A stretch of 64,000 bases of DNA, from the NCBI RefSeq assembly GCF_009914755.1, contig NC_060945.1. One strand, given 5' to 3'. Made by a program: the position numbers and the translations under genes. Position 1 is the stretch's first letter, and every line of letters starts with the position of its first letter. The stretch is from the human T2T-CHM13v2.0 reference genome, Homo sapiens. This document shows, piece after piece, positions 1 to 20,700 of this stretch. Under the pieces are notes generated by a model. That model did not search any database, was not told the DNA's origin, and was given only the letters and a program-made list of their open reading frames with translations.

Positions 1-720
1 TAGCTGATGTAACACTTGTCTAGGCTCTGCCTACATGGGACTTCTCACATATCTCTGCACTGATCACCCAGGTGATGTAACTCCTGTCTAGGTTCAGACT
101 ACAGGAGGGTTTTGACATATCTCTACACTGATCACCCAGGTGATGTAACCCTTGTGTAAGCTCTGCCTACAGGGTCATTTTGACCTATCTCTCCACTGCT
201 GATCCAGGTGATGGAACAATTGTATGGGCTTTGCCTACAGGGGGCTTTGTGATATATATTTCCACTGATCAAACAGCCGATGGAACCTTTTTCAAGGTTT
301 TGCTTACAGGGGCTTTGTGACATATCTCTGTACTGATCACCCCAGAGAGGAAACACTTGTCTACACTCTGCCTATAGGAGGTTTTACGACTTATCCCTGC
401 ACTGATCACTAGGTGATGTAACACTTTTCTAGGTTCTGTCTACACGGGAATTTTCATGTATCTCTACACTGATCAGCTAAGTATTCTGACCCTTGTCTAG
501 GTTCAGTCTACTGGGGATTTCTGATATACCTATGCACTGATCACCGAGGTGATGTAAATCATTTCCAGGCTTTTTGTACAGCAGACTTTGTGATGTATCT
601 CTGTACTGATCACCCAAATGATGCAAATCTTCTCTAGGCTCTGCAGGGAGGGGTCATTGTGACATAATTCTGAACTGATCATCCAGTAGATGTAACAATT
701 CTCCAGGCTTTGACTAAAGT
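1..720 (-). repeat. Beta-satellite (68-bp) array, cut by the window start
   Basis: Tandem ~68-bp monomers, reverse complement of GATCAGTGCAGAGATATGTCACAATGCCCCTGTAGGCAGAGCCTAGACAAGAGTTACATCACCTGGGT. Confidence 0.95.
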
Positions 721-3488
<2,768 letters not shown>

Positions 3489-6400
3489 ACACATCTCTGA
3501 ACTGATCAACAAAGTGATGTAACTCTTGTCTAGGCTCTGCCTACAGGGGCTTTGTGACATATCTCTGCACTGATCACCCAGGTGATGGGACTTTTGTCTA
3601 GGCTCTGCCTATGGGGGCATTGTGACATATCTCTACACTGATCACCCAGGTGATGTAACCCTTGTGTTGGATCTGCCTATGGGGCCATTGAGACACATTT
3701 CTGCACTGATCACCCAGGTGATTGGACTCTTGTCTAGGCTCCGTATATGGGAGCTTTGTGATATATCTCTGCACTGATCAACCAGGTGATGTAACGCTTG
3801 ACTAGGTTCTGCCTACGGGGCATAGTGACATATTATTGCATTGATCACTGACGTGATGTAACTCTTGTCCAGGCTCTGCCTATAGGGGGCCTTGTGACAT
3901 ATCTCTGCACTGATGATCTACGTGATGTAACTATTGCTTGCGCTCTGCCTGCAGGGGCATTGTGAAATATCTCTGCACTGATTACCCAGGTGATGGGACT
4001 CTTCTCTAGGCTCTGCCTACTGGGGGCATAGTCACATATTTCTGCACTGATCACCCAGGTGACGGACTTTTGTCTTGGATTTGCCTATGGGGGCGTTGTG
4101 ACATAGCTCTGCACTGATCACCCAGGTGATGTAACTCTGGTCTAAGCTCTGCCAAAAGGGGCATTGTGAAAGATCTCTGCAATGATCACTCAGGTGGTGT
4201 AACTATTGTCTGGGCTCTGCTGAAAGGGGCCTTGTCACATATCTCGGCACTCATCACCCAGGTGATGTAACTCTTGTCTAGGCTCTGCTTACAAGGAGTA
4301 TTGTGATATATCTCTGCACCAATCATCTAAGTGATGTAACAATTGTGTAGGCTCTGCCTACAAGGGCATTTTGACATATCCCTGCACTGTTAACCCTGTT
4401 AACCGAAGTGATGTAACTCTGGTCTAGGCTGTGCCCACAGGGGAATTGAGACATATCTCTGCACTGATCCCGAGGTGATCCAAATCTTGCCTGTTCTCTG
4501 CCTACTGGGAACATTGTGACATATCTCTGCACTGATCTATCATAGTGGTGTAACTTTAGTCTAGGCTCTGGCTACACGGCATTGTGACATATCACTGCAC
4601 TGATCACCCAGGTGATATAACCTTTGTCTAGGCTCTGCCAACAGGGGGCTTGTGACATATCTCTGCAGTGATCACCCAGGTGATATAACTCTTCTCTAGT
4701 ATCTGCCTACAGGATGCTTTGTGACATATCCCCGCAATGATCACCCAGGTGATATACCTCTTGTCAAGGCTCTGCCTACAGGGGCATTGCGATGTATCTC
4801 TGCACTAATCACCTAGGTCATGTTACTCTTGTCTAGGCTCTGCCTACAGTGGCATTGTGACATATCTCTGCACTGATCACCCAGGTGATGTAACTCTTTT
4901 CCAGGATCTGCCTAAAGGGTGCATTGTGACATATCCCTTCAATGATCACCCAGGTGATGTACCACTTTTCAAGGCTCTGCCTACAGGGACATTCCGATGT
5001 ATTTCTGCACTGATCACCTAGGTCATGTAACACTTGTCTGGGCTCCACCTACAGTGGCATTGTGATGTATCTCTGCACTGATCACCCAGGTGATGTAACT
5101 CTTGTCTAGGCTCTGCCTACAGTGGCATTTTGACATATGACTGCACTGATCACTGAGATGATGTAACTGTTTTATAGTCTTCGCCGACAGGGGGCATTGA
5201 GACATATCTCTGCACTGATCACCGAGGTGATGCAACTCTTGTCTGGGATCTGCTTATTGGGGGCATTGTGACTTGTCTCTGCCGTGATCACCCAGGTGAT
5301 GTAACTCTTGTCTAGGCTCTGCCTTCTGGAGACATTGTGACATATCTCCACACTGATCACCCAGGTGATGTCACTTTTGTCAAGGATACGTCTACGGGGC
5401 ATTGTGACAAGTCACTGCACTGCTCACACACCTGATGTAAATCTTGTCTAGGCTCTGGCTACAGGGGACTTGTGAGATATCTCTGCACACATCACCCAGG
5501 TGATATAACCTTTGTCTAGGCTCTGCCAAAAGGGGGCATTGTGACATAATTCTGCACTGATCACCCAGGTGATGGGACTCTTGTCTAGGCTCTGCCTACA
5601 GGGGAATTGTGACATATCTCTGCTCTGATCATCCAAGTGATGTAACACTTGTCTAGGGACTGCCTAAAGAGACTTTGTGACATAACTCTGCACTGATCAT
5701 CCAGGTGATGGGGCTTTTGTCTAGGCTCTGCCTAAGGGGGCATTGTGACATATTTCTGCACTGATCACCCAAGTGACAGACTCTTGTCTTGGATCTGCCT
5801 ATGGCGGCATTGTGACATATCACTGCACTGATCACCCAGGTGATGTAACTGTTGTATAAGCTCTGCCTACTGGGGAATTGTGAGAGATCTCGCCACTGAT
5901 CACCCAAGTGATGTAACTATTGTCAAGGATTGGCCTATAGGGGGTTTTGTGACATACCTTTGCACTGATCACCCAGGTGATGGACTCTTGTCTTGGATCT
6001 GCCTATGGGGGCATAGTGACATATCTCTGCACTGATCACTCATGTGATGTAAGGCTTTTCTAAGCTGCGCCTAAAGGGGAATTGTGACAGATATCTCCAC
6101 TGATCACCCAGGTGATGTAACAATTTTCTGGGATTTGTCTAAAGGGGGCTTTGTGACATGTCTTTGCACCGATCACCCTGGAGATGTAACTCTCGTCTAG
6201 GATCGGCCTACAGGGGCTTTGTGACATATTCCTACACTGATCACACAGGTGTTGTAACTCTTGTTTAGGCTCCACCTACAGGGGGTATCGTGACGTATCT
6301 CTGCATTGATCATCCAGGTGATGTAACTCTTGTCTAGACTCCACCTACAGGGGGTATTGTGACGTATCTCTGCACTGATCACCCAGGTGATGTAACATTT

Positions 6401-7174
6401 ATGTAGGCTCTGCCTACAGGGGCGTTTTGACATAGCTCTGCACAGATCACCTAAATTATGTAACTCTTGCTCACTCTCTGCCTACAGGGGGCATTGTGAA
6501 ATATCTCGGCACTGGTCACCCAGGTGATGGGACTCCTCTCTATACTCTGCCTAGAGGGGGATTTTTGACATATCTCTGCACTGATCTCCCAGGTGATGGA
6601 AATCTTGTCTAGGCTCTGTCTATGGGGGCATTGTATCTAATATCTGCACTTATCACCCAGGTGATGTAACTCTTGTCTAGGCTCTGTCTACAGGGATTTT
6701 TGTGACATATCACTGCTCTAATCACCTAGGTGATGTAAGCTTTGTATGGGCTTTGCCTACAGAAGGCTTTGTGATATATCTCTGCACTGATGTCTGAGGT
6801 GATGCAACTCTTGTCTAGGCACGGCCTCCAGGGGACATTGGTACATATCTCTGCACTGATCACCCAGGTGATGGACTCTTGTCTTATATTTGCCTACATG
6901 GACATTGTGACACATCTCTGAACTGATCAACCAAGTGATGAAACTCTTGTCTAGGCTCTGCCTACAGGGGCTTTGTGACTCATCTCTGCACTGATCACCC
7001 TGGGGAGGGAACTCTTGTCTACGGTCTGCCTACAGGAGTTTTCATGACTCATACCTGCACTGATAACCTAGGTGATGCAAATCTTCTCTAGGCTCTACAG
7101 GGAGGGGGCATTGTGACATATTTCTGAACGGATCATCCAGGAGATGTAACTATTCTCCAGGCTTTGACTAAAGA
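3489..7174 (-). repeat. Beta-satellite array (~3.7 kb)
   Basis: Continuous 68-bp monomers. Confidence 0.95.
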
Positions 7175-9937
<2,763 letters not shown>

Positions 9938-12900
9938 ACACATCTCTGAACTGATCAACAAAATGATGTAACTCTTCTCTAGGCTCTGCCTACAGGGGTT
10001 TTGTGACATATCTCTGCACTGATGTCCCAGGTGATGGGACTTTTTTCCAGGCTCTGCCTATGTGGGCATTGTGACATATCTCTACACTGATCATCCAGGT
10101 GATGTAACTATTGTGTTGGATCTGCCTATGGGGGCATTGTGACATACTTCTTCACTGATCAACCAGGTGATGGGACACTTGTCTACGCTCTGTGTATGTG
10201 GGCTTTGTGACATATCTCTGCACTGATCACCCATGTGATGTAACGCTTGACTAGACTCTGCCTACGGGGCATAGTGACATATCGCCGCATTGATCACTGA
10301 GGTGATGTAACTCTTGTCCAGGCTCTGCCCATAGGGGGCCTTGTGACATATCTCTGCACTGATTATCTTGGTGATGCAACTCTTTCTTACGCTCTGCCTG
10401 CAGGGGCATTGTGAAATATCTCTGCACTGATCACCCCGGTGATGCGACTTTTCTCCAGGCTCTGCCTGCTGGGGGCATTGTCACATATTTCCGCATTGAT
10501 CACCCAGGTGACGGACTCTTTTCTTGGATTTGCCTATGGGGGCATTGTGACATATCTCTGCACTGATCACCCAGGTGATATAACTCTGCTCTAAGCTCTG
10601 CCTAAAGGGGAATTGTGACAGATCTGTGCACTGATCACTCAGGTGATGCAAGTATTGTCGAGGCTCTGCTTAAAGGGGCCTTGTCACATATCTCTGCACT
10701 CATCACCCAGGTGATGTAACTCTTGTCTAGGCTCTGCTAACAGGGGGTATTGTGACATATCCCTGCACTGATCACCAAAGTGATGTAACACTTGTGTAGG
10801 CTCTGCCTACAGGGGCATTTTGACATATCTCTACACTGTTAACCGAGGTGATGTAACTCTTGTCTACGCTGTGCCCACAGGGGGATTGAGACATATCTCT
10901 GCACTGATCCCGAGGTGATCCAACTCTTGCCTGGTCTCTGCCTACTGGGGACATTGTGACATATCTCTGCACTGATCTCCAAGGTGCTGTAACTTTAGTC
11001 TAGGCTCTGGCTACATGGCATTGTGATATATCACTGCACTGATCACCCAGGTGATATAACACTTTTCTAGGCTCTGGCTACAGGGGCCTTGTGACATATC
11101 TCTGCACTGATCACCCAGGTGATATAACTCTTCTCTACGATCTGCCAACAGTGTGCTTTGTGATATATCCCTGCAATGATCACCCAGGTGATATACCACT
11201 TGTCAAGGCTCTGCCTACAGGGGCATTGCGATGTATCTCTTCACTGATCACCTGGGTCATGTAACTCTTGCCTGGGCTCTGCCTACAGTGGCATTGTGAC
11301 ATATCTCTGCACTGATCACCCAGGTGATGTAACTCTTTTCTAGGATATGCCTAAAGGGTGTTTTGGGACATATCACTGCAATGATCACCCAGATGATATA
11401 ACACTTGTCAAGGCTCTGCCTACAGGGACATTGTGAGGTATCTCTGTCCTGATAACCTACGTCGTGTAACACTTGTCTAGGCTCTGCCTACAGTGGCATT
11501 GTGACATATCTCTGCACTGATCATCTAAGTGATGTAACTCTTGTCTAGGATCTGTCTAAAGGGACTTTGTGACATAACTCTGCACTGATCATCCAGGTGA
11601 TTGGGCTTTTGTCTAGGCTCTGCCTTAGGGGGCATTGTGACGTATTTCTGCACTGATCACCCAGGTGACAGACTCTTGTCTTGGATCTGCCTATGGGGGC
11701 ATTGTGACATATCTCTGCACTGATCATCCAGGTGATGTAACTGTTGTATAAGCTCTGCCAACAGGGGAATTCTGATAGATCTCGCTACTGATCACCCAAG
11801 TGATGTAACTATTGTCTAGGCTTTGCCTACAGGGGGCTTTGAGACATAACTTTGCCCTGATAACCCAGGTGACGTAACTCATCTAAGTTCTGCCTACAGG
11901 AGCTTGTGACATTTTTCTGCACTGATCACTTAGGTGATGAAACACTTTTATAAGCACTGCCTACAGGGAATTTCGACAAATCTCTGCACTGATTACCTAG
12001 GTGATGTAACTCTTGTCTACCCTCTGCCGAAAGGGGGCATAGTGAAATATCTCTGCACTCATCACCCAGGTCATTCAACTCTTGTCTAGGATCCGCCTGC
12101 AGGGATTATTGTGAAATATCTCTGCACTGATCAACTGGGTGATGTAACTCTTGTCTAGGCTCTGCCTACAGGGGCGTTTTTACATATCCCTGAACTGATG
12201 ACAAAGGTGATGTAACCCTTCTCTAGGCTCTGCCAAAAGGGGCGTTTTGACATATGCCTGAACTGATGAAAAATGTGATTTGGCTCTTGCCTAGTCTTTG
12301 CCTACAGGGAACATTGTGACATATCTCTGCACTGATCACCCAGGTGATGTAACTCTTTTCTATTCTCTGCCTACAGAGGGCGTTGTGACATCATTCTGCA
12401 CAGATCACCCGGGTTATGTAACTCTTATCTAGGCTCTGACTATGGGGGCTTTGTGACTTATCTCTGCACTGATCACGCAGGAGATGTGACTCTTGTCTAA
12501 GCTCTGCCTTGAGAGACTTTGGGACATATCTCTGCAGTGATCACTGAGGTGATGTAAAACTTGTCTAGGCTTTGCCTACAGTGGGATTTATGACATATCT
12601 CTGCACTGATGACCCAGGTGGTGTAACTCTTGTCTAGGCTCTGCCTACAGGGGCATTTTAACATATCACTGCACTGATCACCGAGATGATGTAACTCTTG
12701 TATAGGCTTCGCTGACAGGGGGCATTGACACATATCTCTTCACTGATCACTGAGGTGATGCAACTCTTGTCTGGGATCAGCATACAGGGGGCATTGTGGC
12801 ATATCTCTGTCCTGATCACCCAGGTGATGTAACTCTTGTCTAGGCTCTGCCTAATGGAGACATTGTGACATATCTCCGCACTGATCAACCAGGTGATGTC

Positions 12901-14967
12901 AGTATTGTCAAGGATATGGCTGCAGGGACACTGTGACATGTCACTGCACTCATCACCCAACTGATGTAACACTTGTCTAGGCTCTGGCTACAGGGGGCTT
13001 GTGACACATCTCTTCACTGATCACCAGGTGAAGTAACCCTTGTCTAGGCTCTGCCTACAGGGGTATTGTGACATATCTCTGCAGTGATCACGCAGGTGAT
13101 GAAACTCTTGTCTATATCTGCCTTCTGGCGCCATTGAGACTTACTTCTGCACTTATCACCCAGGTGATGTACTCTTGTCTTGGATCTACCCATGGGGGCA
13201 TAGTGACATATCTCTGCACTGATCACTCATGTGATGTAACGCTTGACTAAGCTGCGCCTAAAAGGGGAATTGTGTCAGATATCTCCACTGATCACCCAGG
13301 TGATGTAACAATTTTCTGGGATTTGTCTACCGGGGGCTTTGTGACATATCTTTTCACTGATCACCCAGGAGATGTAACCCTTTTCTAGGCTCAGCCTACA
13401 GGGGCTTTGTGACATATTTCTGCACTGATCACCCAGGAGATGTAACTCTTGTTTAGGCTATGTCTACAGGGGCTTTGTGACATATTTCTGTAGTGAACAC
13501 CCAGGTGATGTAACTGTTGTCTAGGCTCCACCTACAGGGGGTATTGTGACGTATCTCTGCACTGATCACCCAGGTGATGTAACATTTACCTAAGCTCTGC
13601 CTACAGGGGCGTTTTGACATTGCTCTGCACAGATCACCTATGTTATTTAACTCTTGTCCACTCTCTGACTACAGGGGACATTATGAAATATCTCTGCACT
13701 GATCATCCAGGTGATGGGACTCTTCTCTATACTCTGCCTAGAGGGGGATTTGTGACATATCTCTGCACTGATCACCCAGGTGATGGAAGTCTTGTCTAGG
13801 CTCTCTCTATGGGGATACTGTGTCAAATATCTGCACTGATCACCCAGGTGATGTAACTCTTTTCTAGGATTTGTCTACAGAGATTTTTGTGACATATCAC
13901 TGCACTGATCACCTAGGTGATGTAATCATTGTATGGGCTTTGCCTACAGAAGGCTTTGTGACATATCTATGCACTGATCTCTGAGGTGATGCAACTCTTG
14001 TCTAGGCACTGCCTACAGAGGACATTGGTACATATCTCTGCACAGATCACCCAGGTGATGGACTCTAGATCTGCCTACATGGACATTGTGACACATCTCT
14101 GAACTGATCAACTAAGTGATGAAACACTTGTCTAGGCTCTGCCTGCAGGGGCTTTGTGACACATCTCTGCACTGATCACCCTGGGGTGGGATCTCTTGTC
14201 TATGCTCTGCCTACAGGAGGCTTTATGACTTATACCTGCACTGATAACCTAGGTGATGTAACACTTGTCCAGACTCTGCCTACACGGGAATTCCCAGATA
14301 TCTCTTCACTGATCACCCAGGTGATGTAACTCCTGTCTAGGGTCAGCCTACAGGAGGGTTTTGACATATCCCTGCACTGATCACCCAGGTGATGTAACAC
14401 TTGTCTAAGCTCTACCTACAGGGGCATTGAGACAGATCTATCCACTGCTCACCCAGGTGATGCAACAATTGTCTGGGCTTTTCCTACAGGGGCTTTGTGA
14501 TATATATTTCCACTGATCAAACAGGTGATGTAACCCTTGTCAAGGTTCTGCTTACTGGGGATTTGTGACATATCTCCTCACTGATCACCCCAGGGAGGAA
14601 ACACTTGTCTACACTCTGCCTACAGGAGGCTTTATGACTTATCCCTGCACGGATCAGTAGGTGATGTAACACTTGTCTAGGCTCTGTCTTCATAGGAATT
14701 TTCACATATCTCTACACTGATCACCTAAGTGATGTAACCCCTGTCTAGGTTCAGCCTACTGGGGATTTCTGACATACCTATGCACTGACCACCGAGGTGA
14801 TGTAAATCATTTCCAGGCTTTTTGTACAGGGGACATTGTGATATATCTCTGCACTGATCACCCAAATGATGCAAATCTTCTCTAGGCTCCGCAGGGAGGG
14901 GCATTGTGACATATTTCTTATCCGATCATCCAGGAGATATAACAATTCTCCAGTCTCTGACTAAAGA
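9938..14967 (-). repeat. Beta-satellite array (~5.0 kb)
   Basis: Continuous 68-bp monomers. Confidence 0.95.
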
Positions 14968-15666
14968 GGGTCAGAAGGAGTTGGGAGAGCCTCAGCCAGA
15001 ATTTCACGGATGTACAAGGGCACAGAGAGGCCAGCAGGCTCCCTTGCACGTCAGCCGGGGTGCGCAATGAGCGCAAGTCTAGCCAGGAGGCCGGAAAAGA
15101 GAGCTAGAGGTCTGTGTTCCGCCACCAGGCGCTCCATGGTGGTGGCTGGGAGGCTGCAGTGCACGGGCGGGCAGGCCACGGTGGCGTGGCGGTGCAGAGT
15201 AGCCGAGCCACCAGAGGGGTGTCAGGCCTGGACGCTGCGCGGGCCCGGTATTTCGCGGGACAGTGGTCTCCACCCAGCCCAGGGGAGGATGCATTTTCCG
15301 GGGGTGGTGTGTGGGGGTGGGAAGGGGGTGGTCAGGCGGGGTTGGGATGGTGCGAAGGCATGAGAGCTCTCCACGGGCTGCTCCCACGGCCCAGGTTGCT
15401 GCCCGCAAACACGCTCATGCGCCATAGGCGGCCCACCTGCTGGTACCTCGGCCTGCTCTGGGATCCTTGTGATGCCCAGGAAAGAATGGCAGTTCTCCGC
15501 TGGGTGGAGTTTCTCACTGGGCCTAGACCTAGAAGGCAGGAATCCCAGGCCAGTCAGCCCGGTGGAGAGGGCAGAGGGAAGACACATACCTCCATAGCCA
15601 GCCAGGTGTTCCCCACGAAAGAGGCCACTGCCCTGCCCCGACCCGACCCAGTCCCAACCCCGCGTC

Positions 15667-17115
<1,449 letters not shown>

Positions 17116-17730
17116 CGGTGAGACCTGGGACAGCCTGCCCCACCCCGGAAGGGTCCCAGGGCGAGGAAGCCTGCGGCTGGGGGGTGGTTTGGTGGGGGGG
17201 AGGGCGTGGTGATGGTGGTGGTGGGGCCTGAGAGACCAAGAGGAAGGGGGCGAGGGGGAACGGGTGAGGGGGGTGCGTTTCGGGGGCTGGCTCTTCGGAC
17301 TTCTCCAAGAATCCCGCGGGAACAGGAAGCCACTCTCTGGGCTCCCACGCATCTTCAGCAGGGAGAAACCGGCCTGGGACGGTGGAGGGGAGTTTGGAAC
17401 TTAACCTCCGTGGGAGTCTTGAGTGTTCCAGGCCCTCTCTCTGTGAAGAAGGCCGTGCCTGTGGGTGTCGCCGTTGCCGGGATAGTCGCACACACGCAGG
17501 CTTGTGGCTCTCGTTCATTTCCATGTAGGAGAACAGAGCCAGACCCCAGAGAGAAGATGCCTCCCCGGCGTGATGGCCTGACGATGGATTCCCTTGTGCG
17601 GCAACATGGGAAGTCTGCAGTGTGGCCGGTTTGGAAACTGCAAGGAGAGCGAAGGCACCATGCCGGTCTTTCACCCTTCCTTGCATGTTTCTGGGTGCCC
17701 GCAGAGCTCCGGGAGCAAACAGTCAGCATG

Positions 17731-20700
17731 AAACATCTCTGAACTGATCAACAAAGTGATGAAACACTTGTCTAGGCTCTGCCTACAGGGGCTTTTTGTC
17801 ATATCTCTGCACTGATCACCCTGGTGATGTAACTCTTTTCTTGGATCTGCCTATGGGGGCATTGTGACATATTTCTGCACTGATCACCCAGGTGATGAGA
17901 CTCTTGTCTAGGCTCTGTGTATGGGGGCATTGTGACATATCTCTGCACTGATCACACAGGTGAGGTAACGCTTCACTACGCTCTGCCTACGGGACCTAGT
18001 GATATATCGCTGCATTGATCACTGAGGTGATGTAACTCTTGTCCAGGCTCTGCCTATAGGGGGCCTTGTGACATATCTCTGCACTGATCATGTAGGTGAT
18101 GTAACACTTGCATATGCTCTGCCTGCAGGGGCATTGTGAAATATCTCTGCACTGATCACTCAGGTGATGGGACTCTTCTCTAGGCTCTGCCTACTCGGGA
18201 CATTGTCACATATTTCTGCACTGATCACCCAGGTGACCGACTCTTGTCTTGGATTTCCTATGGGGGCATTGTGACATATCTCTGCACTGATCACCCAGGT
18301 GATGTAACTCTGATGTAAGCTCTGCCTAAAGGGGCATTGTGACAGACCTCTGCACTGATCACTCAGGTGATGTAACTATTGTCTAGGCTCTGCTTAACGG
18401 GGCCTTCTCACATATCTCTGCACTGATCACCCAGGTGACATAACTCTTGTCTAGGCTTTGCTTACAGGGGGTATTGTGACATATCTCTGCACTGATCACC
18501 TAAGTGATGTAACACTTGTGTAGGCTCTGCCTACAGGGGCATTTTGACATATCTCTGCACTGGTAGCCGTGGTAATGTAACACTTGTCTAGCCCGTGCCC
18601 ACAGGGGGATTGAAACATATCTCTGCACAGATAATCCAAGAGATGTAACCCTTGTCTAGGATCTGCCAAAAGAGACTTTGTGACATAACTCTGCACTGAT
18701 CATCCAGGTGATGGGGCTTTTGTCTAGGCTCTGCCTAAGGGGACATTGTGACATATTTCTGCACTGATCACCCAGGTGACAGACTCTTGTCTTGGATCTG
18801 CCTATGGCGGCATTGTGACATATCTCTGCACTGATCACCCAGGTGATGTAACTGTTTTATAAGCTCTGCCTACAGGGGAATTGTGAGAGATCTCGCCACT
18901 GATCACCCAAGTGATGTAACTATTGTCTAGGCTTTGCCTACAGGGGGCTTTGGGACATACCTTTGCACTGATCACCCAGGTGATGTAGCTCATCTAAGTT
19001 CTGCCTACAGGAGCTTTGTGACATATGTCTGCACTGATCACTTAGGTGATGTAACACTTTTATAAGCACTGCCTACAGGGAATTTTGACAAATCTCCTCA
19101 CTGATCACCTAGGTGATGTAACTCTTGTCTACCCTCTGTCCAAAGGGGACACTGTGAAGTATCTCTGCACTGATCACCCAGGTGATTCAACTCTTGTCCA
19201 GGATCTGCCTAAAGGGGGTATTGTGAAATATCTCTGCACTGATAAACTAGGTGATGTAACTGTTTTCTGGGCTCTGCCTACAGGGGCGTGTTCACATATC
19301 CCTGAACTGACGACAAAGGTGATGTAACTCTTGCCTACGCTTTGCCTACGGGGGACATTGTGACATATCTCTGCACTGATCACCCAGGTGATGCAACTCT
19401 TCTCTATGCTCTCCCTAGAGGGGACATTGTGACATATCTCTGAACTGATCACCCAGGTGATGCCACTCTTCTCAATGTTCTGCCTACAGGGGGCATTGTG
19501 ACTAATCTCTGTACTGATCACCCAGGTGATGTAACTCTTTTATTGTCTCTGCCTACAGAGGGTGTTGTGACATCACTCTGCACGGATCACCCGGGTTATG
19601 TAACTCTTGTCTAGGCTCTGCCTATGGGGGCATTGTGACTTATCTCTGCACTGATCACCCGGGAGATGTGACTCTTGTCTAAGCTCTGCCTAGAGGGACA
19701 TTGGGACATATCTCTGCACTGATCGCTGTGGTGATGTAAAACATGTCTAGGCTTTCCCTTCAGTGGGATTTGTGACATATCTCTGCCCTGATCACCCAGG
19801 TGATGTAACTCTTGTCTAGGTTCTGCTCACAGGGGGTGTTGTGAGATATCTCTGCACTGATCACCCAGGTGATGTAACTCTTGTTAGGCTCTGCCTACAG
19901 GAGCATTTTAACATATCACTGCACCGATTACGGAGAAGATGTAACTCTTGTATAGGCTTCATCGACCAGGGTCATTGAGACATATCTCTCCACTGATCAC
20001 CGAGGTGATTCAACTCTTGTCTGGGATCTGCTTATAGGGGGCATTGTGACATATCTCTGTCCTGATCACCCAGGTGATGTAACTCTTGTCTAGGCTCTGC
20101 CTACTGGAGACATTGTGACATATCTCTGCACTGATCACCCAGGTGATGCATCTCTTGTCTAGGCTCTGCCTACTGGAGACATTGTGACATATCTCCGCAC
20201 TGATCACCCAGGTGATGTCACTTTTTTCAAGGATATGGCTACAGGGACACTGTGACATGTCACTGCACTGATCACACAGCTGATGTAACCCTTGTCTAGG
20301 CTCTGGCTACAGGGGGCTTGTGACACATCTCTGCACTGATCACCCAGGTGATGTAACCCTTGTCTAGGCTCTGCCAAAAGGGGGCTTTTTGACATAACTC
20401 TGCACTGATCACCCAGGTGATGGGACCCTTGTCTAGGCTCTGCCTACAGGGGCATTGTGACATATCTCTGCAGTGATCAAGCAGGTGATGTAACTCTTGT
20501 CTATATCTGCCTACTGGCGGCATTGTGGCATATTTCTGCACTGATCACCCAGGTGATGGACTGTTGTCTTGGATCTGCCTATGGGGGCATAGTGACATAT
20601 ATCTGCACTGTTCACTCATGTGACGTAACATTTGTCTATGCTGCACCTAAAGGGGAATTGTGACAGATATCACAACTGACCACCCAGGTGATGTAACAAT

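Noticed and set aside
3489-7174. CRISPR-like appearance: a recurring semi-palindromic motif (CTGCACTGATCACCCAGGTGATG) every ~68 bp with variable sequence between
   Set aside because: The intervening sequences are homologous to each other, not unique spacers. The full 68-mer is primate beta-satellite and there are no cas genes.
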